Of a stretch of DNA of 64,000 nt, positions 50,191-63,457 are shown piece after piece. How positions within the stretch are numbered: position 1 is the stretch's first letter; the number at the start of each line of letters is the position of its first letter. A program made the translations under genes and the position numbers. The DNA comes from Lingula anatina (lineage: Eukaryota > Animalia > Brachiopoda). The DNA is taken from contig CM120641.1 in assembly GCA_051362555.1 (NCBI GenBank), positions 17,856,001-17,920,000 on the forward strand. The letters are read 5' to 3'. Below the pieces are notes generated by a model. The model searched no databases and had not been told where the DNA came from. It was given only the letters and a program-made list of their open reading frames with translations.

Positions 50191-51056
50191 ACCCGCGATA
50201 AAACATTCTTAAACCCCCTTTACACTGGATGACGTTATTTCTCCGTACTTTGCGCGACCATGAAACTGGACAGGTCGCTGTTGGACACTCAAAGGAAGCA
50301 CGGTGATCGCTAAAACCCCCTTTATACTGGACGGCGTCCTTTCTGCGTCCTTTGTGCAACCATGAAACTGCACCGAAAGGAGGCACAAGCATCGCTTTGG
50401 TTGCAGAATGAATGCTCAAAGATCGGCCAGTGATCAGAACGTAAATGTTTTTTTATTCTCAAAGGGAACCGTATTTTTCAACAGAGGCAGGACATCGGAG
50501 TACCAGCGGTGTCATACCCGCCTCCATGTTTTTTTTTTTTCTTAATTCTTTAACTGATCCATTTTCGGTAATTAAAGAACGAATATTCTCTCTCTCTCTC
50601 TTCTGTGTTGTGCCAATAAGTGGGGGACCCACCAGGTTCATGGCTTCTTTGATGACTGTCCTTATAAGGGCAACAATGACCATCTGGCTTATTTATATCT
50701 CCTCCATTTCACGCACTACATAATCATGATCGCTTTAGTAAAGTAACTTGACAAACATAATTTATATGTTGATTGATATTTGACCAGTTAAGGTCACGCG
50801 ATTAGGGTACAATGCCCGTCCGTATACTGCCCATAACGGTATGTCCCTTTTCGTGTGGCATTCGTGGACCAGTAAAGCAACAATTTATCAGTAGGAGAAA
50901 ATTGCCTTTTCCCCCCAAGGAAAATTCCAGTCTGGCAGAAAGATCTCATCCTCTTGCATAGCCTCATTTCAGAGCTACATTTGAATATATATCTGCTACT
51001 TGTATGAAACATGTACTTGGTTTGATGCCTCAATCATGCCTGCTTTTTTCTTTCAA

Positions 51057-51823
51057 TAGTCCAGTAAACGAACGAAATTTCCCCACTGAAGTTGGAAAAA
51101 AAGTTAACAAAGGTTTCTCAACTGATTCCGGTTCAGTTTTGGGCCAATATAACCCAGATAATTTCCCATCAGAATCCACCCTTGGCAAAGTGCCAAAAAT
51201 CCAAAATGGCCGTCAGTGCATAGGGGAGGGTGTTTAGTGGGCATATCATGGGAACTGGGTCACTTAGAAACTGTGAGAGGTATCATCTCTAATGTTCAAA
51301 GGCATGGCCATTCATTTGAAAAATGTTTGGAAGTCATCAGTGGTCAAGATCATGCCTAAATGTCAAGGTCAATCTAAAAAAAAGGACAAATATAGCTTAA
51401 AATATTGCATCAACTTTCTTTATTCTTTCAAAAGTGACTTTTATGATTTCTATAGCTCATATTAAAAACTGCACACAAGAGGCCTCCTTTGTGAATGTTG
51501 CATTTAACTGACCAAGGGTAAAATTAAGTATGACAAGGTCAAATATGCATCCAAACATATACAAAAGTGACATTTCAGATCCAATAACAATTCACTCAAA
51601 CTACTGTAGAAATTCACTGATGGTCAAACCTCTTAATAATGTGCAAGATTAAAGTCATGGAATAAAAGGACAATAGTTTTTTTTTTTATCATCAGAGGTC
51701 AAGGTCATGGTTGGATTTCAGTGGGAAATTATCTGGGTTATATTGACCCAAAACTGGACCGGATTCAGTTGAGAAACCTTCGTTAACATTTTTTCCAACC
51801 TAAGTCATTCTTTTACTTGACTA
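51057..51823. mobile_element. Element with about 120-bp degenerate terminal inverted repeats
   Basis: GTTGGAAAAAA.GTTAAC.AAGGTTTCTCAACTGA...ATATAACCCAGATAATTTCCCA (about 51090-51170) mirrored at about 51722-51800. Confidence 0.6.
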
Positions 51824-52460
51824 CAAGTGTTTAAGGTGTTTAAGCCTACTGGGTATTGAACATGTCCTGATACTGCTTGCAATACTGAATATTTATTGTG
51901 TATACTGTATTTGTAATTCCCATGGAATTCCAGAAGTTGCATGTCACAAGATATATTGGATGATCTATGGTATGACCTTGAGCAGGTGAGGTTATATGTA
52001 GTGTTGTTTCATGGTTTGGAATGATAAATAACTCACAACAATCTGTTGCTAACTGTTCTTCAGATAACATTCACAAACCCTGTTGTTTTACTAGTATATA
52101 AAGTTTGATTAAGAATATAAAAAAGGCTTAAATGAAAGCTTCTTCTACACCTCTGAAGCTCACGTTAATGTTCAAAGCAGCAGCCCAATGTAAACTCTGT
52201 TTATGCCTTGCATCTGAACATATTTTCTTGAACAATTCTTGAATTTTATTAATGTAATAATTGCGTTGATTATCAATAACAAAAATCTCTTTATTCTCGC
52301 ACTTATCAATAGCCTCCATACCCTTTAAACAAATGATGCATCTCATTTTTAACATACAATGAATTTATGGTATAAATTTATGGTTTGATATGTATAACTA
52401 TAAGTCAACTTCCCAAGCTTCATACAGTGCATTTACATTTTTTGTACATGCCTACACAAT

Positions 52461-54239
52461 TCAAAAGTCTCCATCATTTTGCGTGGACTGTTCCAAAGGC
52501 AGGTGAAGAGTCCATATGCAAGTCTGCCCTATTCCTGTCATACCCAAAACTTTATATCCTTTCTTCTCCAGTTGGTTTAAAACTACTCTTGGACTACATG
52601 ATACTTCATACTGGGAACTGAAAATGGTAAAGCACTATAATTGTACGGATAACAGTCCAAATTGTCATAATTTGCCCAAATATCAGGTAAAAAATATAAC
52701 TGACAAAAACAAATAATTTACAAATAAACTATTTTACATTTTATTTATTAACTATTGTCTGCGCTCATATAAACTACAGTACAAAGTGAAGTAAAACCAC
52801 ACATATTCTTTTGTTTAGGGTGCAGGACCTAATAATCTTACAACTAAATATACTTGGATGTATATGAACATAAGTCATGCTATAAGAAGTCACACATTTG
52901 GTTTAAGAAAGCCGAAGTTGCTAAAAATCAAATTCTGAGTAAAAATTCTTACAATTTTAAGCATGTTTTAAGCACACAAAAAAAAAACACTTTAGCATGG
53001 GTTATTGATTAAGTAATTTCCCGAGAATGTTGCTTAGTTGTGTCAGGGTGTCAAAAATCAAAATTTTGTTTAGTCTGAGAAAAATACCATATAACCCCAA
53101 AAATTGATAAATTATAAAATTTTCACAGGACAATCTTACAATGGGAAGCATTAATATTTTCATTATTGGGTATGCATTAACATAAAGCACTTACAAATCA
53201 TTTCCTAGTTGCTGCACAAGCTCTGCTCCCAGAAACTTCATAAGTTCTGGATCACTATCTGCATCCCCTACAACTGTTGGTCCTTTTTCCTAGAAAATAA
53301 AAAAAAAACTAAAAGAAAGAAAACTATTTATCGGAAATTTTTTTTGTACAAAAATGTAAAATGCCAATTACTAGTACCGAGTAGATGTGATGCAAATAAT
53401 TATAAACTGTCACTGCCAGGGGCAGATTTAGGCCGTCTTCTGGGTCTTCTGGAAGATGGTCAGATTTTCAAGTTTACATTGACAGGTATCTATTTTTTCC
53501 TGTTGGAAGACAGTCAAAAATGGAGGATGGATCAATAAAGATAATTTGGAAGACTGTCAGAAAATATCTCTGGATCCGCCCCTGACTGCCATTTGTTTAC
53601 TGCATGGTAGTTCAACATTTCCAACACCTTTATGCTCCTCAACTCTAAAATTTTCAATACGACAACTGAAGTCTACCATGATTCACAAAATATGTTCCTG
53701 TAGAATGTTGACAAATTGTTGAACAGCATGACATATGAAAACATTCATGTGCATGCCAGGGGCGGATCCAGATGGGGGGTCCAGAATGACAGGCCTCGGA
53801 TCCTAAGCCAACCATCTGCCTGGTCAAGGGCCCCGGAAAATTTTTGGTGTTTTGGAGGGCAAAGGGTGCCCTTTGGTACAGTTTAGGTAGTCAAAATTCT
53901 AATTTCAACATCGGAATATTGGTGTGATATATTTTTCAGAAACCAAACAAACTTTCAGAAACTAAATCCCCCGCTGCATGCTCCCCAGTAAAAGGGTCCT
54001 GAGTTTACTGGTACAAGTACGTACAGTACATGTACAAGTACTATAACTTGAAGAAGCATACTAGTATACATGTACCGGTATTTACCCGACCCACCCTACC
54101 CTACCCCTTGCATTTCTCACAGAAAAAAATTCCCAGTAAATAAAAACCATTTAAATTTTAAATGCAAGTTACAATTATGTGCATCAATCAGTTGCTACCT
54201 TACCAATCTAATTTGAGTGGATATGATAACAAATGGCAT
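52461..54239 (-). CDS. GCHFR: GTP cyclohydrolase I feedback regulatory protein (95 aa, 3 exons)
   Basis: complement(join(52461..52617,53195..53289,54204..54239)). MPFVIISTQIRL-EKGPTVVGDADSDPELMKFLGAELVQQLGNDF-SQYEVSCSPRVVLNQLEKKGYKVLGMTGIGQTCIWTLH... matches the GFRP family (ISTQIR, GPT.VGD..SDPELM, MTG.GQT..W.LH). Confidence 0.95.
53417..53584. mobile_element. CAGGGGCGGAT-TIR MITE, 5-bp TSD ACTGC, in GCHFR intron 1
   Basis: ACTGC|CAGGGGCAGAT ... ATCCGCCCCTG|ACTGC. Confidence 0.85.
53757..53976. mobile_element. Second CAGGGGCGGAT-TIR MITE (different interior), 5-bp TSD CATGC
   Basis: CATGC|CAGGGGCGGATCC ... ATCCCCCGCTG|CATGC. Confidence 0.7.
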
Positions 54240-54529
54240 TGTGGCAAGCGTAAGAAGGTTTGTTCTACATTTCCTTATCTCTTATAGCATTAAAATCATG
54301 GAGGATCAAGTTCCTGAATAAGGCAAACTAGTTGTCAAAAAAAACTATATAAAGTAATAATATCAGAAAAATCGCCCACAGCGTCCGCTAAATTCCTTAA
54401 TCAACTATGCTGTATTTTTATTTATTACTGTATAAGCGGCTCAAAGGAACTTTTGAATGACCTTTGAGTAAAAACAAGGTCATGTTTAGTTACGCCACTC
54501 AAGTAAAGTGAGGACACATTGTCGTGAGT
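54240..54529. promoter_or_regulatory. Bidirectional promoter region between GCHFR and the RMDN-like gene
   Basis: Divergent ATGs 290 bp apart. Confidence 0.7.
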
Positions 54530-57500
54530 ATGTCTGTTCTTCTGGGAGAGAATTCATCGGTGATTTTGTCTATATCCGGGATAACAATTGGGGCCACGAC
54601 ACTCATTCTATATTACAGATTAACTAGAAATGTTAACTCAGAACTGAATCAGCTAACTTGCTCGGTAAATAATTTAAGAGATGAAATCAAACGTCTTCAA
54701 GAAAAAATAGACGGAGCAACCGCCAGCGTCGGTGCTACCGGTAGATCTACAACCGGTGGTTCAATCCTCCGAGCTAAACAACGTATTCCAGGCTATGTTT
54801 CTGCGACGAGCTCAGGCGATGAGGATGATGTTTATGAAGAAGCATTAGAAGGGTGAGTTTTCAGACGGTTGGATAAAAACACCAAACTGCCCAAAAGTGT
54901 TAATTTGCTTGTACTAATACCATGCAGAAGTAAATTACGATGACTGTATGACCGGTGATATTTCGATAGTCCGAAGGTTCACTGATCGGAATGTATTTTG
55001 GTGCAAAGTTTATTGGTCTGAAAAATCGTAACATTTTATCAGTTGTTTAATAAAACGGTTTGTTGGTCTGAAAGTTTTATAGTGAACATTAGGACCAATT
55101 AATCTTCTGAATGTTCAGACTATTGTCATGCACCTGTGTGACCAGCTGTTTGTCTACTTGTACCCTAACAGGCCACGGAAGTTTAATTTGCATGTGTGCA
55201 AATTAACATACCAACTTCCATTGACAACACATCTTTGCACGTCTTTAGTTCAATATTATGATTGTCAAAACCTACTGACACAGTCTTTCCCATTTGCTTT
55301 GTTTGAGCTTATTCACAGGGAGCCGAAAAAGTCAATACTTTTCCCTGCTTCTTCAGTGACTACACTAAAAAAACAAAGCAGAAAACCATGTGGACAGCTA
55401 TAGTCACTGTTCATTAGATAGCCCGAACATTCGGCAATATGTTACATGTCTCTGAAAATGACAAAATCTCACAGAATCCTGTGAACTTCATATCTCACTC
55501 CTGTGCCCTACTGGCTACTTCACAATTGAAATATTCTAATTTTAAGAAATTATTACTTTGAAAAATGCAGCATCTAAAAAATTCACAATTTTCCCCATCA
55601 AAAAAATTGAGTAATTACCATATGTTTATGGTTAACTCTATACATGTACATATATTTGGCATTTATAATCCTAAGTGATCCTCTGAAGACCCCTTCCTCC
55701 CTCAGTACCCTATTATGCACAGTGTTGAATTGATAAGGTCCGAATGAAGTGCTAGACCTTGAACTGGGAACTTCTATATTATCTGCTGATAATCTTGTGG
55801 TTAATTATTAAATTACACCTTGGTGCATTAATATGAGAAGTGTAAAAGAGATAACACAGTAAGTGGAATATTTTTATTTTATCAGTGTGTATGCCACCAA
55901 TTGTCCTGGTGTCAGCTTGAGTATTACACATACATGTATGATGATGAGATGAAACTGAAGTCAAGATCAATTGACATCACTCAGCCTTTTTATGTACAGA
56001 CACTATGTAAACTGTTTATTTTGTTTTATGTTAAAAAAAGTGTTAAAAAAGGAAATAAACCCATGTCAGAACAGTGCTGTCTTGTTTCACATTTCCTCAG
56101 ATTCAATTCTTAGGCATGTTAACAGTCTCATTATTTAACTAATAAGACATGTTAAAGTGTTTGGTTGACATTTCCTGTATCTTTACAACATTATTAGTTG
56201 ATTATGTAAAACTGATGGTAAACTTGTTATCATGTATTGTGTAATAAAGTTTCAAAAATGGAAATAAACTTATATCATTGCAGTTTGTCAGATTCAATCA
56301 TTCACTATGTTCAGAATCTCAGAATGGAAGAAATTGGACATTTAACACTGTTCTATTGATATTTTTCCTATCTCATCAATTTTCTTAGTTGATCATATAA
56401 AAATTGCAGTAAACTGTTAATTTTGTTTTATGTTAAAAATTGTTAAAAATGGAAAAAAAAAAACATTTCAGAATAGTGCTGTCTTGTTTACATTTTGGCA
56501 TTTTTAAGTTGTGACTTTGAAGTTCCTTGGGCCTGAAGACCTTTGCTAGTCACATTTTCTGAATATCCATAATACTAATATTTTAATATTAAAATTGATG
56601 GTCATTATACTGTTAAACATTATGTAATATTGCATCAAAATTTGAAAAAAACCTATTTTGGGCACTGCTCCCACGATGACCATTTAAGAAAAAAATGCCA
56701 CGTACTGTTCTCAAACAGTACAGTAAATATGTACAGATGTGTCTGTACATATTGCCATCACCTGTATCTCGCCGTCACTGTCGCCGTGCACTTTCATTGT
56801 AAACATGATAAGTGGAAGGCAGTTTTACTTTTTGACTGTATATTTACAGAGCTGATGAATATTCATAAAACGCAGGTCAAGTTCGAAAATCAGCATGATC
56901 GGGCCATTTTAAGGGAAGTTATGCTGCATTTTAACTTTTCAGCATATATGCAACAATGTAAACACATTTCAAGGAAAACTGATAGGCCTGTTGTCATGAA
57001 ACTCACAGGAGTAATCGATCTTATTATAACGCAGGTCAGGTTCGAAAATCGGCATGATCGGGCCACTGTTTTAGTAGTAATGCTTTTTATGTACAGACAC
57101 AGATGTGTCTGTACATATAGCCATCATCTGCGTCTGTCGTCGCCGTCGCCGTCGTCGCTGTCGTCGCCGTCGTCGCCGTCGCCGTGCACTTTTACCGATA
57201 ACACGATAAGTGGAAAACCATTTTGCCTTTTGATTTGAAACTTGCAGAACTGATGAATATTCATAAGACGCAGGTCAAGTTCGAAAATCAGCATGATCGG
57301 GTCACTCTTAGGGAATTTATGCTGTTTTTTCACTTTTTCAACATATATGCAGCACCGATAACACGATAAGTGGAAAACCATTTTACCTTTTGGCTTGAAA
57401 CTTACAGAACTGATGAATATTCATAATACGCAGGTCAAGTTCGAAAATCAGCATGATCGGGTCATTTTTAGGGAATTTATGCTGTTTTTTCACTTTTTTC

Positions 57501-60500
57501 AGCATATATGCAGCACCGATAACACGATAAGTGAAAAACCATTTTACCTTTTGGCTTGAAAGTTACAGAACTGATGAATATTCATAATACGCAGGTCAAG
57601 TTCGAAAATCAGCATGATCGGGTCATTTTTAGGGAATTTATGCTGTTTTTTCACTTTTTTCAGCATATATGCAACCCTGATAACACGATAAGTGGAAAAC
57701 CATTCTACCTTTTGGCTTGAAACTTACAAAACTGATTAATATTCATAATACACAGGTCAAGTTCGAAAATCAGCATGATTGGGTCATTTTTAGGGAATTT
57801 ATGCTGTTTTTTCACTTTTTTTCAGCATATATGCAGCACCGATAAAACCATAAGTGGAAAACCAATTTACCTTTTGGCTTGAAACTTGCAGAACTGATAA
57901 ATATTCATAATACGCAAGTCAAGTTCGAAAATCAGCATGATTCGATTATTGTTAGGGAATTTATGCTGTTTTTTCACTTTTTTCAGCATATATGCAGCAC
58001 TGATAACACAATAAGTGGAAAACTGTTTTTTCATTTGGCTTGAAACTTACAGAACTAATGAATATTCATAATACGCAGGTCAAGTTTGAAAATCAGCAAG
58101 ATCGGGCAATTTTTATGGAAGTTATCCTGTTTTTTTTTTTTTTTTTTTTTTTTTTTTCTTCAATTTTTTCAGCACTTTTATAACACCAATAACATGATAA
58201 GTGTAAAAATGTTTTTCCTTTCCTTGGATTGAAATTTACAGAACTGGTGAATATTTATAATACGCAGGTCAAGTTTGAAAATTGGCATGATTGGACTATT
58301 TTTACAAAAGTAATGCTGTTTTTTTCCCTTTATTCAGCATACATGCAACACTGATAACGCATTTTAAGGAAAACCATCAGCCTTTTGTCTTGCAACTCAC
58401 AGGAGTGATCAATCTGACCAGTATACAGATCAAGTTTGAAAATAAGCTTGATCAGTTAAGTTTTGATGAAGTTATTAGCCTTTTTGTATATAAGTGGTTT
58501 TTCTTCAGATTTAATTCTTAAGCATGTTAACAGTCTCATAACGGTACTAATTGGATATGTTAAAGTGTTGTTTTAACATTTTCTGCTTCTTAACAATATT
58601 GTTAGTTGATTATATAAAAATGACGGTAAACCTATTATCCTGCATTGTGTAATAAAGTATCAAAAATGGAAAGGAACTCATCATTGCAGTTCGTCAGATT
58701 CAATCATTCACTATGTTCAGAATCTCCAAATGCAGCTCATTGGACATTATAAATTGTTCTATTGATATTTTTCCTATGTCAACAATTTTCCTAGTTGATC
58801 ATTTAAAAATGACAGTTAATTGATGATGGTTTTATGTAAAAAAGGTGTTGAAAATGGAAAGAAAATCATTTCAGTACAGTTATCTCTTGTTAACATTTTG
58901 GCATTTTGAAAGTGTGACCCTAACTTCCATGTCCTTGGAGACCTTTCCATATCACATTTTCTGAATATCCATGATACTTTTATTTTTTTATAAAAAATTT
59001 GATGGTCATTATGCTGTTAAGTATTATGTTATATTGCATGAAAGTTAAAGAAAACCCTATTTTGGACACTGCTGCCAGGAAAGCGATTAAGGGAAAACCA
59101 TGTTACTTATGATAATCAACCTTACTGAAAAGACTGAAGTGCAGCTTGTGTTGGAAAACCATCGTAATTGTTTTCTGTTTTGAAAGCAATGCAGTACAGT
59201 GCTATTTGGTGCAATAAATGTATATGGATAGTAGGCAGTTATAAAATAATTTGCTTAATTGATTTTCAAGTTATTTCAGGGTTATAAAATAATTTGCTTA
59301 ATTAAATTTCAAGTGGGTATTAAATGAGATTACATAAACACACATTGAGATTTCTTTGTAAAGTCCCATCGGTTTAGCTTTCTTAACTGTGTCACATAAT
59401 TAGGAATCGATGATTATTATGCAGGTAAATGTTATTTAATATGGAAAATAAGTTTACAAAAAAAAATTTGTGTAACGCTTACATTAATGCTAAAGATGAA
59501 TAACAGTGCCTTATTATTCTCAAACTCAATAGGGTTATTCATATCATGTTAGTAATTGTACAGCTAGATTAAAAGTTTGAATAGCAGCTTTATTGGTATT
59601 TTTTATGCTGTTTTTTTCACTTTTTTCAACATATATGCAACATTAATAACACAATATAAGAAAAACAGCTTAGCCAATTGTCATTATACTCACAGGAGTG
59701 GTCAATCTTACAAAAGTGCAGGTTGAGTTCGAAAATCAGTGTTATCGGGCCATTATTTTAGAAGTTGTACTGTTTTTTCAAATTTCCTCAGATTCAATTC
59801 TTAGGCATGTTAACAGTCTCATTATTGAACTAATAAGATACGTAAAAGTGTGTGTTTGATATTTCCTGCGTCTTTACAACATTGTTAGTTGATTATGTAA
59901 AAATGATGGTAAACTTGTTATCATGTATTGTGTAATCAAGTGTCCAAAACGGAAATAAACTCATATCATTGCAGTTTCTCAGATTCAATCATCCACATCT
60001 GCCATGATGACCATGATGGGAAAACCGTGTTACTTATGATTGTCAAACTTTCAAAAAAGAAACACAGGACTAAAATGCAGCCCAAGTTGGAAAAGCAGTC
60101 TAATGGGCTTCTTTTTCTGGAAGTTATACATTTTAGTGAAATATTCATTATCTTTTTGGCATATTCATTGTGGGACTCGGAGCTCCCATGGACATGAAGC
60201 CGGATGGTAATCAAATTTTCTACATGTTCATGCTATTTATAGTCAATAATCAAAAATTGGTGATAATTATTCTATAATTTATTATGTAATGTTACATCAA
60301 AATTGACAATAATCTTTTTGCACTGCTACTGCAAACATTATGAAAAGAAAACTGTGTTATTTATTATTATATTTAACTTAAGAGTATGATTTTTAGGATT
60401 GGCATGCAGTTCAAATTAGAAAGCCAGGTCAAATGGGTTATCATTTATTATTGAATTTAATGCAATTTTGTGTGAAATTTCATTTTTCTCATTCTGGCAC

Positions 60501-60940
60501 TTTCTAAGTATAAACTTGAACTCTGATGGGCCTGAAGCCTTATGCTTTTACTTTCATCGGTGTTACCTGTTGTGCAAAATTAAAATTTGATGTTGACTGT
60601 GCAGTTAAACATAATGTATTATTGCATCAGAAGTGGTAGTCTCCTATTTTGTGCATTATTGTTTTGTGCTCTTCTTAAGTTGTGACTTATGGGCCTGAAA
60701 GACCTTTGAGAGGGTCAGTCTATAAATTTCCCTTGGGTATCACTTCGCTAATTTCAGTTATAAACTAATTTGCCTAATTGATAGGCTACATAAAGCACAC
60801 TTGTGATTTGAGATTACATAAAGCACACTTGTTGATATTTCCCTGTAAACTCCCATAGGTTAAGCTCTCTGCTAGATTAATAATAAGGAAGCAGTGATAA
60901 TTATGCAGGTAAATTTTGTTTAATATTGCAAATAAGTTAG

Positions 60941-61002
<62 letters not shown>

Positions 61003-62733
61003 AACTGAAAGATTAAAAGTTTGAATAGCAGCTTCATTGGAATTATATTTACCTCTGCCAAGGAGGTTATATTTTCACCCCTGTTTGTCATCAACATAAC
61101 TCAAAAAGTTATGGACCGATTTTGCTGAAATTTTCAGGAACTGTCAGAAGTGGGCCAAAGAGGACAAAAATCAATAATAATCAACAATTGCTACCTTGGC
61201 AGAGGTCTGCACTCTCGGAGTGCTTTTCTAGTTTTGTTATGTTTTCCTTTATAATTTTTTCTCAAACACTTGCATTTGTGACTTTAAACTCTCATCCACC
61301 TGAGACTCTGACATTTCTGTTTTTCCACATAAGCAGTTGTATTGTTTTTTATGTCTTTAAACATTATGTTACTTATGTAATATTATTTTATGCACTGTCA
61401 TCATTTTTCAAATATTGAGACTTACATCATGTGAATTTGAACTCTCATGGTCCTGAAACTGTAATCTTATTGAAAGGGTAGATTGAGACCATCTTCTGGG
61501 ACTTCCGGAAGACAGTCAGGTTATTAAGTTTATATTGCCTGGTATCTATTTTTTCTTCTGTTGGAAGACCATCAAAATGGAGGATGGATCAAAATAGATA
61601 CTTTGGAATACTGTCAGAGAATATCTCTTGGTCCGCTCATGTTATTGACCATTTTACCTGTTGTGCATGATTATAAAATTCAGTGTTGACTGACAGTGCT
61701 ATTATAAGCATTATTTATTATTGCATCAAAATTAACAAAATGACCTTTTTTGCATCTTTATTTTCTGTTTTTTGTCTGTACATTTGACAGCTTTGCTGCC
61801 TTGTTTCTTCACTTTTCAGCATATATGCAACACAGTAAACACAATATAAGAAAAACAAATAGGCCAATTGTCATGAAACTCACAGGAGTGGTCATTCCTG
61901 CTAAAACGCAGGTTGAGTTCAAAAATAAGCTTAATCTGGCCATTATTTTAAAGAAATGCCGTTTTTTCACATTTCCTCAGATTCATTTCTTAGGCATGTT
62001 AACAGTTTCATTATTTAATTAATAAGATATGTAAAAGTGTTTGTTTGGCATTTCCTGCATCTTTACAACATTATTAGTTGATTATGTAAAAATGATGGTA
62101 AACTTGTTATCGTGTATTGTGTAATAAAGTGTCAAAAATGGAAATAAACTCATAACATTGCAGTTTGTCAGATTCAATCATAAAATTTGATGTTGAATTT
62201 GCAGTTTAACACTATAATGTACTTTTGCATCAGAATTGACAGTAGCCTATTATGTGCATAGTTATTTCCTGTTTTTTGTCTGTACATTTGACAGCTTTGC
62301 TGCCTTGTTGATACTTACAATTTGCTCTTTTATCCATGCAGCGAGTGTGATTCATTAATTTATTAATGACTTTTAAATACACTTACATTTTTTCTAATAA
62401 CACATGAACTGTTCATATGTCATATATATTGAGCCATACCATAACAAAATGTTTTTCTTCAGTTATTATTCATGTAAGTACCCTGTTTATAGGAGTTTTG
62501 TTATTCATGTGAACTATGACATTCAGGTTGTATTGTTATTTTTTAGTGATGAAGAATATGAAACCTCCAGAGAATATGATAGTGGAAGTTTGAGTAGCCA
62601 GTCCTTGAAGGGAAAACCATTGAAAACATCAACCCAAAAACTATTTGAAACTGTGGATAAGTTACTGGAAGGCTCTGATCAAGAAAAGGAAAATGCTTAC
62701 AACCTTCTAGCAGCAAAGAAAGACATTTTAACA
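54530..62733 (+). CDS. Regulator of microtubule dynamics protein (RMDN2/RMDN3, PTPIP51-like), first two coding exons; gene continues beyond the window
   Basis: join(54530..54852,62547..62733,...), phase-2 intron GG|T. N-terminal TM segment, coiled coil (LNQLTCSVNNLRDEIKRLQEKI), acidic FFAT-like tract (SSGDEDDVYEEALE), and start of the TPR-like domain (LFETVDKLLEGSDQEKENAYNLL), as in RMDN2/3. Confidence 0.8.
55987..62309 (+). mobile_element. Cluster of family A HINEs in the opposite orientation (fragments, outer copy 56728-62309, inner copy 57084-61806) filling RMDN intron 1
   Basis: TTTTTATGTACAGACACAGATGTGTCTGTACAT at 57084; 161-bp tandem array at about 57190-58300; termini TGTCTGTACATTTGACAGCTTTGCTGCCTTGTT ending at about 61805 and 62309. 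Confidence 0.8.
61048..61234 (+). mobile_element. Small HINE-type element (family C)
   Basis: TTACCTCTGCCAAGGAGGTT ... CCTTGGCAGAGGT, hairpin GCACTC-TCG-GAGTGC, end CTAGTT. Confidence 0.7.
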
Positions 62734-63457
62734 GTATGTCATTGATAGTTTAATATTTGGGCATGCAATTGAACAACATTTAACACTTGAAACAAGCTAG
62801 CATTTAATTTTCTTTTTAATCAGTGATCAGATCAAATTTTACTAAAGCAACATGAATACTAGTAAAGTATTTTCTTATTTATTTATCGTTTATTATTTTT
62901 TTAAATTTTTTCCATTACTTCAAATTTTCTGGTCTACTTGGCTGACCTAGAGTTGCATGAACACACAAAGTTTTCCTTTAGCTCTTTACAAAATTTTAAC
63001 AAAGTTAAGCCAAGCGCGTGGTACGGGGCGAGTTATTTTAAGAGATTTCTAAAGTGTATATGTGTACATACCGTATTACTTAACTGCCGTGCAACCTGGC
63101 CGCGCAGAAGTCTCCCATCTTTCAAACGTGTATTATTGCCTAAACAAAAATGATGGCAAGCAGGTAATGTTTGTATTACAAAACAGGCATGCTTTGTTTT
63201 AGATTTGAAATATTTATAAATGAATTCGCTATTCTGCGTTAATATTGCAAGAAACAGAAAAAGAGAATTTTTCTTGATGTCTCAGATCGGCGAGTGAAAG
63301 TTGTTTTCACGACACATCAATAATAAACATTGTGATATGTCATCATCGACATCAGTTAAGTTATTTACTTTGTAACTGTCCACCAGTTTTTCAGAATGCA
63401 AATGTTGATTAATTTCAAAAACACCACAAAATATAATTAAAATACAATTAAAGTTTG

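Noticed and set aside
56630-57238. 202-aa ORF
   Set aside because: Starts at TTG, lies wholly within HINE repeat and microsatellite sequence, and the frame is not kept in sister copies.
57190-58300. Regular repeats considered as a CRISPR-like array
   Set aside because: They are contiguous ~161-bp tandem units without unique spacers, inside a eukaryotic HINE; no cas genes.
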